Shown: piece after piece, positions 52,686 through 64,000 of the stretch
How the letters are laid out: each line of letters starts with the position of its first letter
Numbering within the stretch: the first letter of the stretch is position 1
Translations under genes and position numbers: made by a program
The notes under the pieces: model-generated
What the model was told of the DNA's origin: nothing
What the model saw: the letters and a program-made list of their open reading frames with translations, nothing else
Databases searched by the model: none
Assembly (NCBI RefSeq): GCF_001194135.2
Contig: NC_068986.1
Span: 55,763,942 to 55,827,941 of the forward strand
Direction: 5' to 3'
Source: Octopus bimaculoides
Lineage: Eukaryota
DNA length: 64,000 nucleotides

Positions 52686-54527
52686 NNNNNNNNNNNNNNN
52701 NNNNNNNNNNNNNNNNNNNNNNNNNNNNNNNNNNNNNNNNNNNNNNNNNNNNNNNNNNNNNNNNNNNNNNNNNNNNNNNNNNNNNNNNNNNNNNNNNNNN
52801 NNNNNNNNNNNNNNNNNNNNNNNNNNNNNNNNNNNNNNNNNNNNNNNNNNNNNNNNNNNNNNNNNNNNNNNNNNNNNNNNNNNNNNNNNNNNNNNNNNNN
52901 NNNNNNNNNNNNNNNNNNNNNNNNNNNNNNNNNNNNNNNNNNNNNNNNNNNNNNNNNNNNNNNNNNNNNNNNNNNNNNNNNNNNNNNNNNNNNNNNNNNN
53001 NNNNNNNNNNNNNNNNNNNNNNNNNNNNNNNNNNNNNNNNNNNNNNNNNNNNNNNNNNNNNNNNNNNNNNNNNNNNNNNNNNNNNNNNNNNNNNNNNNNN
53101 NNNNNNNNNNNNNNNNNNNNNNNNNNNNNNNNNNNNNNNNNNNNNNNNNNNNNNNNNNNNNNNNNNNNNNNNNNNNNNNNNNNNNNNNNNNNNNNNNNNN
53201 NNNNNNNNNNNNNNNNNNNNNNNNNNNNNNNNNNNNNNNNNNNNNNNNNNNNNNNNNNNNNNNNNNNNNNNNNNNNNNNNNNNNNNNNNNNNNNNNNNNN
53301 NNNNNNNNNNNNNNNNNNNNNNNNNNNNNNNNNNNNNNNNNNNNNNNNNNNNNNNNNNNNNNNNNNNNNNNNNNNNNNNNNNNNNNNNNNNNNNNNNNNN
53401 NNNNNNNNNNNNNNNNNNNNNNNNNNNNNNNNNNNNNNNNATATATATATATATCTGTGTGTGTGTGTGTGTGTATTTGTACTTTATTTTGCCAATAAAC
53501 ATGTGCACAGATGGTAGTTCACGGTAATTTTATTGTTAAATGATCAATAAATCATTAACTACTGATAAAAATGAAGCTGAAGTGAGCTACAACCAGTGCA
53601 TGAGTTTATTAACAGAATGACCCTTCTAAAGTTAAAATATGTCAGTTTCAACCCAAGATTTCATATCAAATTACTTCAAAAACAATTTCATACACACACA
53701 CACACACACACACACATGTATATATACCTACATAGAGATACATGCATATGTATATGCATATAATATATGCATGTATATATATATATATATATATACACAC
53801 ATCATGTATATATATGTGTGTATGCACACACACATAATATATACATACAATACCTTAATAAAATCGGGTGTTTATTTTGACCAAATACTTGATGTGTTAT
53901 TAATACATTATTAGAAGCATTGTTATCAAGCTGAAAAAGTAGGGGTCAGTTTATGTTGCAATGGATTCCTTCCCTTGATATGTTCACTCTGTGAGATATT
54001 CTTCTGTATGTTATTTCTTTTATTCATTTCTTCTACTACATCATCGCTAGAATTTTCTTCATCATCATCATTATCCAAAGTTTTGCTGTCAACAGCATTG
54101 TAGTTCATCAGTGTATATTACTGACAGTTGTTATAATTATTGTGTTTTGATATCAGACTCCCCCTCATCCCTATTCTCATCATTATCACCAGTACCAGTA
54201 ATCATTACCAGCATTGTTGTCATCATTTTTGTCTGTCATCATCGTAATCATCATCACTGTTGTTATTGATTTCATCATCGTCATTGTCTGTCTTTATTGT
54301 CATCATTTTCAATGTCATATGAAGTTATATTTTTCTTGTATTCAAGTTCATTTGCGTGTATGTGTTATGTATGTGTGTGTATGTGTGAATATGAAAATCA
54401 TATACATGAAACATGTATATATGAAATGTACATATGTATTAAATAACATTTAAATGTACATGTATATACATTTTATATCCACTCACACATACTTAAATAT
54501 GTGTATGTGTGCTTATGTGCATGTGTG

Positions 54528-54562
<35 letters not shown>

Positions 54563-54753
54563 GTATGTACGTATGTATGCATAATATATTCTATATAATA
54601 TATATTATATATATATGTACGTATATCTATTATGTTATATAATATATATCATACAATACATTGTGCATATATATATATTATATAATATATATTTACATAG
54701 AAAGAATTTAAACTGTACACCACCTCAACCAATTCTATGTCCCACAACTTCAT

Positions 54754-54941
54754 TCAGCTGGGATTCATTACCATAAAGTTTGGTGATTCATACAAACTGT
54801 TAAGAAAGCTCTCAGTCTCGGGTGATGCTGCTTCAGTTTTCCGTTTGATGATGTAATATGGAATCAAAGCTAACACCAACAGCAGTACAGGAACGACTAG
54901 ACATATGGCAACTATTTCTACTGTGGTCACTGCAGGCTTCA
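54754..54941 (-). CDS. Gene 1 (C-type lectin receptor): transmembrane and cytoplasmic exon (V)KPAVTTVEIVAICLVVPVLLLVLALIPYYIIKRKTEAASPETESFLNSLYESPNFMVMNPS*
   Basis: Acceptor TTATTTACTTTTTTAG|TG in phase 1; ~23-residue hydrophobic stretch followed by KRK; FLNSLY motif; stop at 54754-56. An alternative donor ATG|GTAATG exists at 54772. Confidence 0.75.
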
Positions 54942-55009
54942 CTAAAAAAGTAAATAAAAATAGCATTACTACTACTACAATGACCACCACCAATAACAAT
55001 AATAATTGT

Positions 55010-56530
55010 TTTGAAATTTTGGCACAAGGCCAGCAATTCCAAGGTAAAGGGTGAATCAATCACATCGACTCCAGTACTCAACTGGTACATATTTTATCAA
55101 TCCTGAAAGAATGAAAGGCAAAGTCGACCTTGGTGGAATTTGAACTTGGAATGTGAAGACAGACAAGATGCGGCTAAGTATTTTGTGTTGTTTGACATGC
55201 TAACGATTCTGCTAGCTCATCACCCTAAAAGAAATTAATGTTCCCATGCCAGGAATCAAACCCAGGCCACCTGGAAGATAATAATGATGATAATAATAAT
55301 AAACCTTTTTACTATAGTCTGAAATTTTGAGAGAGGGGACTAGTTACATAGATCCAATACTTATCTGGTACTTATATCATTGACCCTCAAAAAGATGAAA
55401 AGCAAGGTCAATCACAACAGAATTTTGAACTCAGAACGTAAAGAGCTACAAGAAATACACCAAGCATTTTGTTTAATGCAGTAAGGATACTACCAGCTGG
55501 ATGCCTTTTTTCAATTCTAGGCATAAGGTCTGAAATTATGGAAAAGGAGATAATTATATTGAGCTCAGTATTGAACTGGTACTTGTTTTGTTGGCACTCC
55601 GTCGCTTACGGCGTCGAGGGTTCCAGTTGATCTGATCAGCCTGCTTGTGAAATTAACGTGCAAGTGGCTGAGCACTCCACAGACACGTGTACCCTTAACG
55701 TAGTTCTCGGGGATATTCAGCATGACACAGTGTGACAAGGTTGACCCTTTGAATTACAGGCACAACAGAAACAGGAAGTAAGAGTGAGAGAAAGTTGTGG
55801 TGGAAGAGTACAGCAGGGTTCGCCACCATCCCCTGCAGGAGCCTCGTGGAGCTTTAGGTGTTTTCGCTCAATAAACACTCACAACGCCCGGTCTGGGAAT
55901 CGAAACGGCGATCCTATGACCGCGAGTCTNNNNNNNNNNNNNNNNNNNNNNNNNNNNNNNNNNNNNNNNNNNNNNNNNNNNNNNNNNNNNNNNNNNNNNN
56001 NNNNNNNNNNNNNNNNNNNNNNNNNNNNNNNNNNNNNNNNNNNNNNNNNNNNNNNNNNNNNNNNNNNNNNNNNNNNNNNNNNNNNNNNNNNNNNNNNNNN
56101 NNNNNNNNNNNNNNNNNNNNNNNNNNNNNNNNNNNNNNNNNNNNNNNNNNNNNNNNNNNNNNNNNNNNNNNNNNNNNNNNNNNNNNNNNNNNNNNNNNNN
56201 NNNNNNNNNNNNNNNNNNNNNNNNNNNNNNAGCTAAGTCAATTACATCAACCCCAGTGCTCAACTGGTACTTATTTTATTGATCTCCAAAAGGATGAAAG
56301 GCAAAGTCGACCCCAGCAGAATTTGAACTCAGAATGTAAAGACAGACAAAATATTGTTAAGCATTTTGATCAGTGTGCTAAAAGTTCTGTCAGCTCACAT
56401 TAATAATAATGATAGTTTCTAATTAGGCACAAGGCCAGCAATTTTGGAGAGAAGAGGAGTTGGTTGATAACATTGAACCTAGTATTTGACTGTTACTTTA
56501 TTTTATTGACTGCAATATGAGGAGAAGCAA
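55010..56530 (-). mobile_element. Second cluster of same-orientation SINE B copies, with a different SINE (about 55585-55929) inserted
   Basis: Family-B bodies near 55090, 55370, 56270 and 56500; 55585-55929 ends in a reversed tRNA-like head (TGGGAATCGAAACGGCGATCCTATGACCGCGAGTC) at the gap. Confidence 0.8.
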
Positions 56531-57563
56531 ACTTGATCTTGTATGTATTCGAAATAAGAATGCAAAGAGCTGGAAGAAATACTACCATGCATTTTCCTGG
56601 ATGCTGTAATGATTCTGTGATATCATTAAGCTGACTGGTCCAGTGTAATGACATTGTATAATTGCTGATTGTTGCATTAACATACAAGAAGAAAGGAAGA
56701 TGTATCACAGCAATGAACTATAACACCAGTGACAATGACAAAAATACCCCATAAAAAGCAAAAACACCAACAACAACAGTTACTACAGAAACAGTGCAGT
56801 TATTCTAAGGGAGTAGTTAGTAGAGACATAAACAGCTGACCATTCTAAGCTAGCTAACCAGCCAACAGTCCATTGGGGGTGCCACAGTGTGAGTACTTGA
56901 CCTACAAGAAATAGTATGCAAATCTTGATTAAATCAATCCCTACTAAAGAAGAAAAGAGTCATTGGATAATTTCATTCCTGAAATGCAAAAAGACAAGAT
57001 AGTCGCAGCTGGAGTATATTTGACCATAAACCTATATATCAGAGCTGATGTGGAGGCCAACAATGGAACTTCTACACAACTGCTTAAATTGCAAGAAACA
57101 GCTGCCAAATGTTCCAGTTTCACACTCAAGTCTTTAGCAAGCCGAGACATGTTGGATAATGTACTCCTAGATATATTATGTGTGAAATTAAAACAGGAAA
57201 ATCACATCTGGAGTGTTTGCTTTGACAAAACTTTGGGTCTAAAAAACAACAGTAACAAGTAAACTAATCAACATTTCATTAATCTAATTATTAATAGCAA
57301 CACTCAACACAAACATTGCAAGCTAAAGAGAGAGTCTCTGAGTAGTTATTCAGTCATCAAGAAATAGCAGCCAAATCTCCCTCAAATCACATTCTGCAAT
57401 CTTAAAAGAAGGACTTGGATAATGTGCTCCTGGCTGCGAAACATCTGAACATAGCTCTGCTTGATTAGGGGTGATTTGGGGCTGGACAATAGCAACAATA
57501 GTGTTACAAACATCAGTCTTTAAGTCACAGTATTATTAATTAATCATATTTAATATTAATTAC

Positions 57564-57629
57564 CTGCTGCAGGTGTCCCTGTTGTGCAGTTAAGACATAT
57601 ACCTGAGCTATTAGTTGTTGTAGGTAACA
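57564..57629 (-). CDS. Gene 1: Thr-rich stalk exon (L)LPTTTNSSGICLNCTTGTPAA
   Basis: Acceptor TTCCTTTTCTACTTCCAG|, donor GCAG|GTAATT; 66 nt, phase 1/1; N-glycosylation sequons NSS and NCT. Confidence 0.7.
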
Positions 57630-58244
57630 CTGGAAGTAGAAAAGGAATTATTAGATTGAAATAAGTTTTTACTATTTTTTCTGGTTTCTGTCAATGGATG
57701 GCAACCATCCTGAGACATTGCCTTGAAGAGCTTTAAAGAAAAGGAAAAGTTGATGTGAGCAGGATTAAAACTCACAAAATAAAGGGTCATCAAACCAATA
57801 CCATAAAGTATTTCATGCATTCCACAACTTATTCTGCTAATTCCTTAGTTATATTTTATTTATACTTCTTTTTAATTTCATTTTGATGTGTTTCTATTAT
57901 AAATGCTACTGCACCACTTCATAGAGCATCAATTCTAACTTAGGTGTAGGCAGCTTACTATTTCCAAGAGCAAATATAGAACCTTTGTGTAGAGCATTCT
58001 ATTAGTATACAACTACACTATTTCTAAGTATAACATCAGCATCACCATCCAGTGTACTGTAGCCATCCAGGGTCGTTAACATCTTGTATTTGCAAGATCT
58101 GGAGCAATTAGCATGTGAGGCACCACTCTAAAATAGACACAACTAATTTCTGTGGTGTAAACTGGAATAACATAAATGAAGTACCTCACTTAAGGATGTA
58201 ATGTTCTACCTAGCCTGAGAATTAAACCCATGGCATTATGATTA

Positions 58245-58478
58245 TAAGTCTGGTGCCACATAAAATGCACTGGTGCTGGTGTCATGTAAAAAGCACTGTT
58301 GACGGTGCCATGTAAAAAGCATCCAGTACACTCTGTAAAGTGGTTGGCATTATGAAGGGCATCCAGATGTATAAACCAGGCCAAACAGACTATGGAACCT
58401 GGTGTAGCTGCAGGGCTTGCCAATTCCTGTCAAGCCATCCAACCCATGTTAGACTTTAAATGTTAATGATGATGATTA
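58245..58478 (+). mobile_element. SINE 3' part with V-domain-like core and (GAT)n tail
   Basis: TGGTTGGCATTATGAAGGGCATCCAGATGTATAAACC resembles the recalled V-SINE core GGCGTCAGGAAGGGCATCCGG; ends CCAACCCATG...TTAATGATGATGAT. Confidence 0.55.
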
Positions 58479-59563
58479 TGATTACGAGTCCAACAACTTA
58501 CACAATAAGCCACCATGCATTCACAATCATAGTATGTTGTCCTCCTGTAATTCATTCATCTTATTCTAGCCTTGTTACAATAACAGCTGCTCTTATTTCC
58601 TAACCGAGCATTTGCTATTAATAAGAGAATCCAAACATATGACTGCTCACCTTTATGTGCTCTTAACATATGTACCCTTAACATATGTAATTGTAGTCAA
58701 TATAAACAAATATATTTGTAGTTTTCGAGGCACTAATGAATTCTGATTTCACACTAATGGATTATATTTTTGTAACAAAGGGGTATATAATCAACTGAAA
58801 TAACTGCAATATATTGTTATTAACTTAAGACTCAAATGTGGGTGATGGGATTATTCATACTCAAACAGTATTCAATTGGTTATTTTATCAACCCTAAAAG
58901 GGTGAAGGGTAAAGTTGTGGATTTGAACTCCAGGAGGAAACATGTGCTGCGAAATACTGCAAGAATTTTGTCAGTCACTCTTTTGATTCTGCTAATCCAT
59001 AATTTGACTGCAGTTAATTATTAACTCTTGCTTGATTGACTGATCCAACATCTCATCCCAGAAAGGAAAAGCAAAGCTGGATCTAGAGCTAACTGAACTC
59101 AGCACAGCAACTTACGCTTTGCTTAATTTTCCCAGAGAGGCTGAGTTTCAGTGATTTTGTTATGTACTTAGCTAATTTATACAGCACAGTGAATAACTTA
59201 CCTATTTTATTGTGATGTTAGCTGTAACGGTCTCTATTGCAGACAAAACCAATCATCATAAGAACAAATTTTCTCTTTGATTAATTGTCTAAATGCTTGA
59301 GATAAGATAGTCTTTACTATTAACAACATTTTTAAAATGTGTAAATATTTTAAAATACATATCTTTACATCCTCAAATATTTTAATCTTTATAGGTGAGG
59401 TTAATGGTCCAGAAAATTCTAATTGTAACCCTCTATCAGAAACGATATTGAGCTAAATTCTAAAGAGGTATCTCATCTAACATGTCAATGTGTGATCAAT
59501 ATACAATTACCTCCTAAACATTATATAAGGAAAATCATTCAAAGCTAATATAAATTCACTTAC

Positions 59564-59761
59564 ATTGATCTGTCATACATAAGAAAGAATACTTCTCAAA
59601 ACAAGAAAGCCTTCTCCAGAGTGCAGTTTGAAAGTCCATCACAAAACAGTTGAGACTGATATTATGTTCATTGAAATAACTGGCGTGATCCTCATCAGAT
59701 GTCTCACCATGCATAAAATTCAAGAAATCAACATTACTGTCATCAGACCAGTGCAGAATTC
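59564..59761 (-). CDS. Gene 1: exon encoding the C-terminal half of a C-type lectin domain
   Basis: (G)ILHWSDDSNVDFLNFMHGETSDEDHASYFNEHNISLNCFVMDFQTALWRRLSCFEKYSFLCMTDQ follows the CTLD pattern WxDGS..F.NW..G.....C......W....C....FIC. Acceptor AAACTTGCAG|, donor CAAT|GTAAGT; 198 nt, phase 1/1, fully open. Confidence 0.85.
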
Positions 59762-60080
59762 CTGCAAGTTTGATAAGGAAAACAGTTTAAGTTAATTAAT
59801 AAAAATAATCATTCTAACATATATGAATAGCTGTAAGTGTGTATGATTAAGAAATGTTGTTTTGCAATCATAAAAGCCTTGAGCGTCTGTCTATTATTAA
59901 ACACCAAACCAGCATTAGATTTACAAATTAAGCCAAAATCTTCAAATATCAGAATGATAAGAGTAAACTTTGACAAACTGTGCTCATATGTTTGATTGTC
60001 TCTGTTTGCTGTTAGCTTATCTAACCTTAAGGATTCAAACTGTTTTATTACATTATTGTATGGTGTTTACATATATACAT

Positions 60081-60152
<72 letters not shown>

Positions 60153-60489
60153 GTGTGTGTGTGCATGCGCGAGAGGGCGAAAAAGGTGAGGTGCAGTGCA
60201 TATGGATGCATTGGTGTAGCAAAATGTGTGGGTATTATGTGTGCAGGTAGGCGTGTGTGCATGTGTGCGTGTGCACAGATGTGTGTGTGGTGTGTGGTAT
60301 AGGAATATGAAAATAATAAATAATACAAATAAATAATGAAAAATAATAATTATAATAATAAAAAATAAAGGAAAAATATGTGAATAAACCAGTAACAGAA
60401 TAAATAGAAATAAGAAATAAAATAAAAAGATAATAAAATAATAAAAAATAAACGAATAAAAAGTATGATAAAATAAAATGTTTTTTTAA

Positions 60490-60870
60490 AAAGGGGTTTG
60501 TGTTGAGTGTGAAATGAGTTTGAGTATGTATAGTGAAAATGTAATATTGTTCCAGGCGGAGTCTAGAATTAGTGGATCCATGGTGTAGGGCAAGGCTGAA
60601 GATGGTGAGGTCTGAGGCAGAGTGGTTGGTCAAGCAAAAATAACAGGCAATGGGGGGGGGGGGGATTCTTATGCAGATGAACATCTTGTAAGTGTTCAGC
60701 GAATTGGTCAGCTAGCCAGTAGCCCATCTGACCAACATAAAGTTTATTGCAAAAATTGCACCTGATGCAGTAAATGAGGCTCGAAGATGTGCAGGAGAAG
60801 GTGAATGAGCTCCTAATGTAGAGGGTGAGCTGGTTGGATCCAGTGAGGGAGATGATGTTCACACACATGA
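60490..60870 (-). mobile_element. PLE GIY-YIG endonuclease fragment
   Basis: FSCTSSSLIYCIRCNFCNKLYVGQMG...FAEHLQDV, then after a frameshift in the G-run PIACYF..NHSASDL...RLRLEQYYIF. Confidence 0.85.
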
Positions 60871-61000
60871 ATTTACATATACCTCCATACACACAACCCT
60901 CCACACATACACACACATTGCACACACACATGCACACATACATGCATGTAATACACTTACACACACTCACATGCACATAGACACACACATCCCACATATA

Positions 61001-61137
61001 CAGAGAGAGAGACAGAGTGACAGAGAGAGAGACAGAGTGACAGAGAGAGAGACAGAGTGACGGAGAGAGAGAGACAGAGTGACAGAAAGAGAGACAGAAT
61101 AACAGAGAGAGAGACAGAGTGACAGAAAAAGAGAGAC
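61001..61137. repeat. ~20-bp-unit minisatellite CAGAGAGAGAGACAGAGTGA (about 6-7 copies)
   Basis: Direct reading of the sequence. Confidence 0.9.
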
Positions 61138-61324
61138 ACACACACACGCACCGATAAATGTGCACACACGCACATGCACGCATTCCCACTCCATCTACAC
61201 ACATGTGCCAACACACATACAGAGGAATGTAGTCTATAGTATAAGATATACAGTGGGACGATGCAGTAACAAGACAACGACGTGCATAGGGGAAACAGAA
61301 CATAGGAGAGCAGGGAAATGAGCA

Positions 61325-61424
61325 TTGAAGGGAACTGTTCTGGGGACATTATTGTTCATAATAGCCCTCTTAGACATGCCTACAGTCACTCGGACAGCCA
61401 CTGTCACTAGCTATGCTGATGACA
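61325..61424 (+). mobile_element. Short LINE RT fragment
   Basis: KGTVLGTLLFIIALLDMPTVTRTATVTSYADDT (QGxVLGPLLF and YADD motifs). Confidence 0.8.
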
Positions 61425-61461
61425 CACACACACACACACATATATATATAAATATATTTAC

Positions 61462-61496
<35 letters not shown>

Positions 61497-62032
61497 CATA
61501 CCGGCCATGATGAAATACCACAAGGTATAGAAAATACGTATTCGCCTTTATATATTTAATCCTTTATATTGAACACTCAATATTTCATATATTCAATAAG
61601 ACATTCAANNNNNNNNNNNNNNNNNNNNNNNNNNNNNNNNNNNNNNNNNNNNNNNNNNNNNNNNNNNNNNNNNNNNNNNNNNNNNNNNNNNNNNNNNNNN
61701 NNNNNNNNNNNNNNNNNNNNNNNNNNNNNNNNNNNNNNNNNNNNNNNNNNNNNNNNNNNNNNNNNNNNNNNNNNNNNNNNNNNNNNNNNNNNNNNNNNNN
61801 NNNNNNNNNNNNNNNNNNNNNNNNNNNNNNNNNNNNNNNNNNNNNNNNNNNNNNNNNNNNNNNNNNNNNNNNNNNNNNNNNNNNNNNNNNNNNNNNNNNN
61901 NNNNNNNNNNNNNNNNNNNNNNNNNNNNNNNNNNNNNNNNNNNNNNNNNNNNNNNNNNNNNNNNNNNNNNNNNNNNNNNNNNNNNNNNNNNNNNNNNNNN
62001 NNNNNNNNNNNNNNNNNNNNNNNNNTACATAA

Positions 62033-63215
62033 CACTGGTCAACAAAATGAAACTTTTTTTAATCATCAGAGTTGCTGATTGACTTTTCTGGGTTAATTTT
62101 TGATGCTGATTACGAATCTGAAGTCCAATTTCCTCTATCGGGTCACATTTTCATGTTAATGATACCTGCTGTTTTAACTTATAGGATACGTAAAGCATGT
62201 CTATATAAAGTATACTGAATACAAGATATGATAATTTCATGGCTTTTTATTGTACAAAATTAAAATTATTGTGTACAAATAAGTTAAAATACACTCGAAT
62301 GCATAACAACTTTGGAATTTGGACTTTCTATGGTGTTTTGTCTCAGGTTCATCCCTGTATAACATCCAACAGTAATCAGCTAACATTCTTGCATTCCAAA
62401 ATCCTTGATATCGTTGTTTCATCGATGCAATATCTTGATGAAAGCGTTCCCCTTGCTCATCAGACACTGGTCCAAGGTTCTCTGCAAAAAAGTCCAGAAG
62501 TGAATCAAGGAAATGGACTTTTAGTGACATCCGACAGCCCATTGCAGCGTAGGAGTCTAGAAGACATTTCACTCCATTTCTAAACTCTAGAGATCTCTTG
62601 TTGCCTAGGAAATTTTCTCAGAGTCATTTGAAGGATTCCCAGGCATTAAGATCAATCTCATCCAGTGCTGTGAGGAAGTGGTTGTCCTTCAGGAATTCTT
62701 TTATCTGCGGACCTATGAATACGCCCTCCTTCAGTTTTGCCTCAGTGATTTTTGGAAATTTGGCCTTCACATATTCAAAACCTTTTGAGCTTATCCGGAC
62801 AAGTGTCTTCATGAATTGTTTCACGAGGCCAAGCTTTATGTGAGAGGGGGAAGAAGAACATTTTCTGGGTTTAAAAGTGGCTTGCCCTGGATGCTAGAAA
62901 CTCCCGGCTCATATGATTTTCGCAAAGGCCACTCTAATTGCACATAGTGCTTGTTGGTTGCACGACTGTCCCACAGGCATAAAAAGCAACAATATTTCAT
63001 GAACCCAGATTGCATTCCCATCAACATTCCAACCACTGTCAAGTCTCCACAGATTTTCCAGCTGTAGTTTGTATACTTTATAGCATTGAGGAGTACTTGC
63101 ATGTTTTCATAACACTTCTTCATGGGCACTGAATGTCCTATGGAAATGAATGGTTTCTTATTGCAGTTGTGTAGTAGTACTGCCTTGAGGCTTCTCTTAG
63201 ATGAATCAATGAATA
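62033..63215 (-). mobile_element. Chapaev3-like (CMC) DNA transposon, 3' part with terminus
   Basis: FIDSSKRSLKAVLLHN, ICGDL, YCCFLCLWDSR, LPPL/HIKLGLVKQF, GVFIGPQI, GCRMSLKVHFL, SDEQGERFHQDI and MLADYCW; one frameshift near 62840, stops near 62625; CAC-starting terminus CACTGGTCAACAAAAT at 62033. Confidence 0.85.
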
Positions 63216-63355
63216 NNNNNNNNNNNNNNNNNNNNNNNNNNNNNNNNNNNNNNNNNNNNNNNNNNNNNNNNNNNNNNNNNNNNNNNNNNNNNNNNNNNNN
63301 NNNNNNNNNNNNNNNTATATATATATATATGTATATATATATATGTATATATATA

Positions 63356-63949
63356 CATGTATAAGGGATGACCACTTGGTGTACATCCAATATGCTAGAA
63401 AGAGGTCATCAACTACACAACCACAAAGAGAAATGATGTTCTCCAGGAAAATTTCGCAAAACATCAGAGCAAGAAAAGATGAGGAATATACAGAATAAAG
63501 AATTATCTATGGACTGCAGTTTCGAACATTAACATCTTACTAACATAACAACATCCATGTTCTCATCAGCATAGACGTTCTATAATCAATATAATTTGCA
63601 GAACTATACATGAATTGTCTTTGTGAAACAAGACTTGCATATAGTTCTACCGATTACATTGGGGCTATTTTTCAAAATGCCTCAGCTCCAGCACGTAAAA
63701 TTCCGGAAACAATTCTGCAGAAAATAATTCACTGCAGTATATGTTGCCCGTTGGAGAACATAACTACTTAAATTATTTACATAGATAGGGTGATAAATTG
63801 AATATTAATTCAATTTAAAACCAAGTAGCCTAGCATATAGAAAAATCTGAAATTTCATAAATTCATTGTATTACGCATGTATAAGGGATGACCACTCAGT
63901 GGACATCCAATATGCTAGAAAGAGGTCATTAACGACCCAACCACAAAGA
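63356..63949. repeat. 74-bp direct repeat (63356-63429 and 63876-63949)
   Basis: CATGTATAAGGGATGACCACT...CATCCAATATGCTAGAAAGAGGTCAT...CAACCACAAAGA; 6 mismatches, 520-bp offset. Confidence 0.9.
63541..63714 (-). other. Candidate 5' exon of gene 1
   Basis: Acceptor TTATTTTCTGCAG|, donor TTA|GTAAGA; could encode MYSSANYIDYRTSMLMRTWMLLC (hydrophobic end), but linkage to the CTLD exon cannot be shown. Confidence 0.25.
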
Positions 63950-64000
63950 AAAATAAATATATATATGTATATACATAATTATATATATATATATATATAT

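Noticed and set aside
53926-54300. Acidic ORF MNYNAVDSKTLDNDDDEE... as a further cytoplasmic exon of gene 1
   Set aside because: The nearest acceptor gives stops in all frames, and the surrounding DNA is GAT-rich low-complexity sequence.
57960-59290. Additional GT-AG-bounded segments (57960-58128, 59118-59173, 59201-59287) as gene-1 exons
   Set aside because: They contain stops or have incompatible phase; the CTLD, stalk and TM exons already join without them.

Overview
AT-rich eukaryotic genomic DNA with 14 N-gaps, dense microsatellites and many decayed transposons. No prokaryotic features, CRISPR arrays or intact RNA genes were seen. The SINE repertoire resembles what I recall from octopus genomes, so a coleoid cephalopod origin is inferred but not shown. 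Two spliced genes can be assembled by eye, both on the minus strand. (1) At 59761-54754, three phase-compatible exons encode the second half of a C-type lectin domain, a Thr-rich stalk, one transmembrane helix and a short tail with an FxNxxY-type motif; the 5' exons were not found. (2) At about 27425-4941, an unidentified small-exon gene includes a 27-nt microexon and a 47-nt candidate cassette exon bracketed by a long inverted repeat. Mobile DNA includes Penelope-like elements (PLEs), several hammerhead-ribozyme-like motifs, two RLE-type LINE 3' ends, CR1/Jockey-like LINE fragments, a Tc1 fragment, a DD41D element with both TIRs, a mariner-type MITE, a Chapaev3-like transposase and at least three SINE families. 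All coordinates and translations were read manually, family names come from recalled motifs rather than database searches, and repeat boundaries are approximate. I did not find a clearly new multi-gene system. The best lead is the hairpin-enclosed, frame-switching cassette exon.
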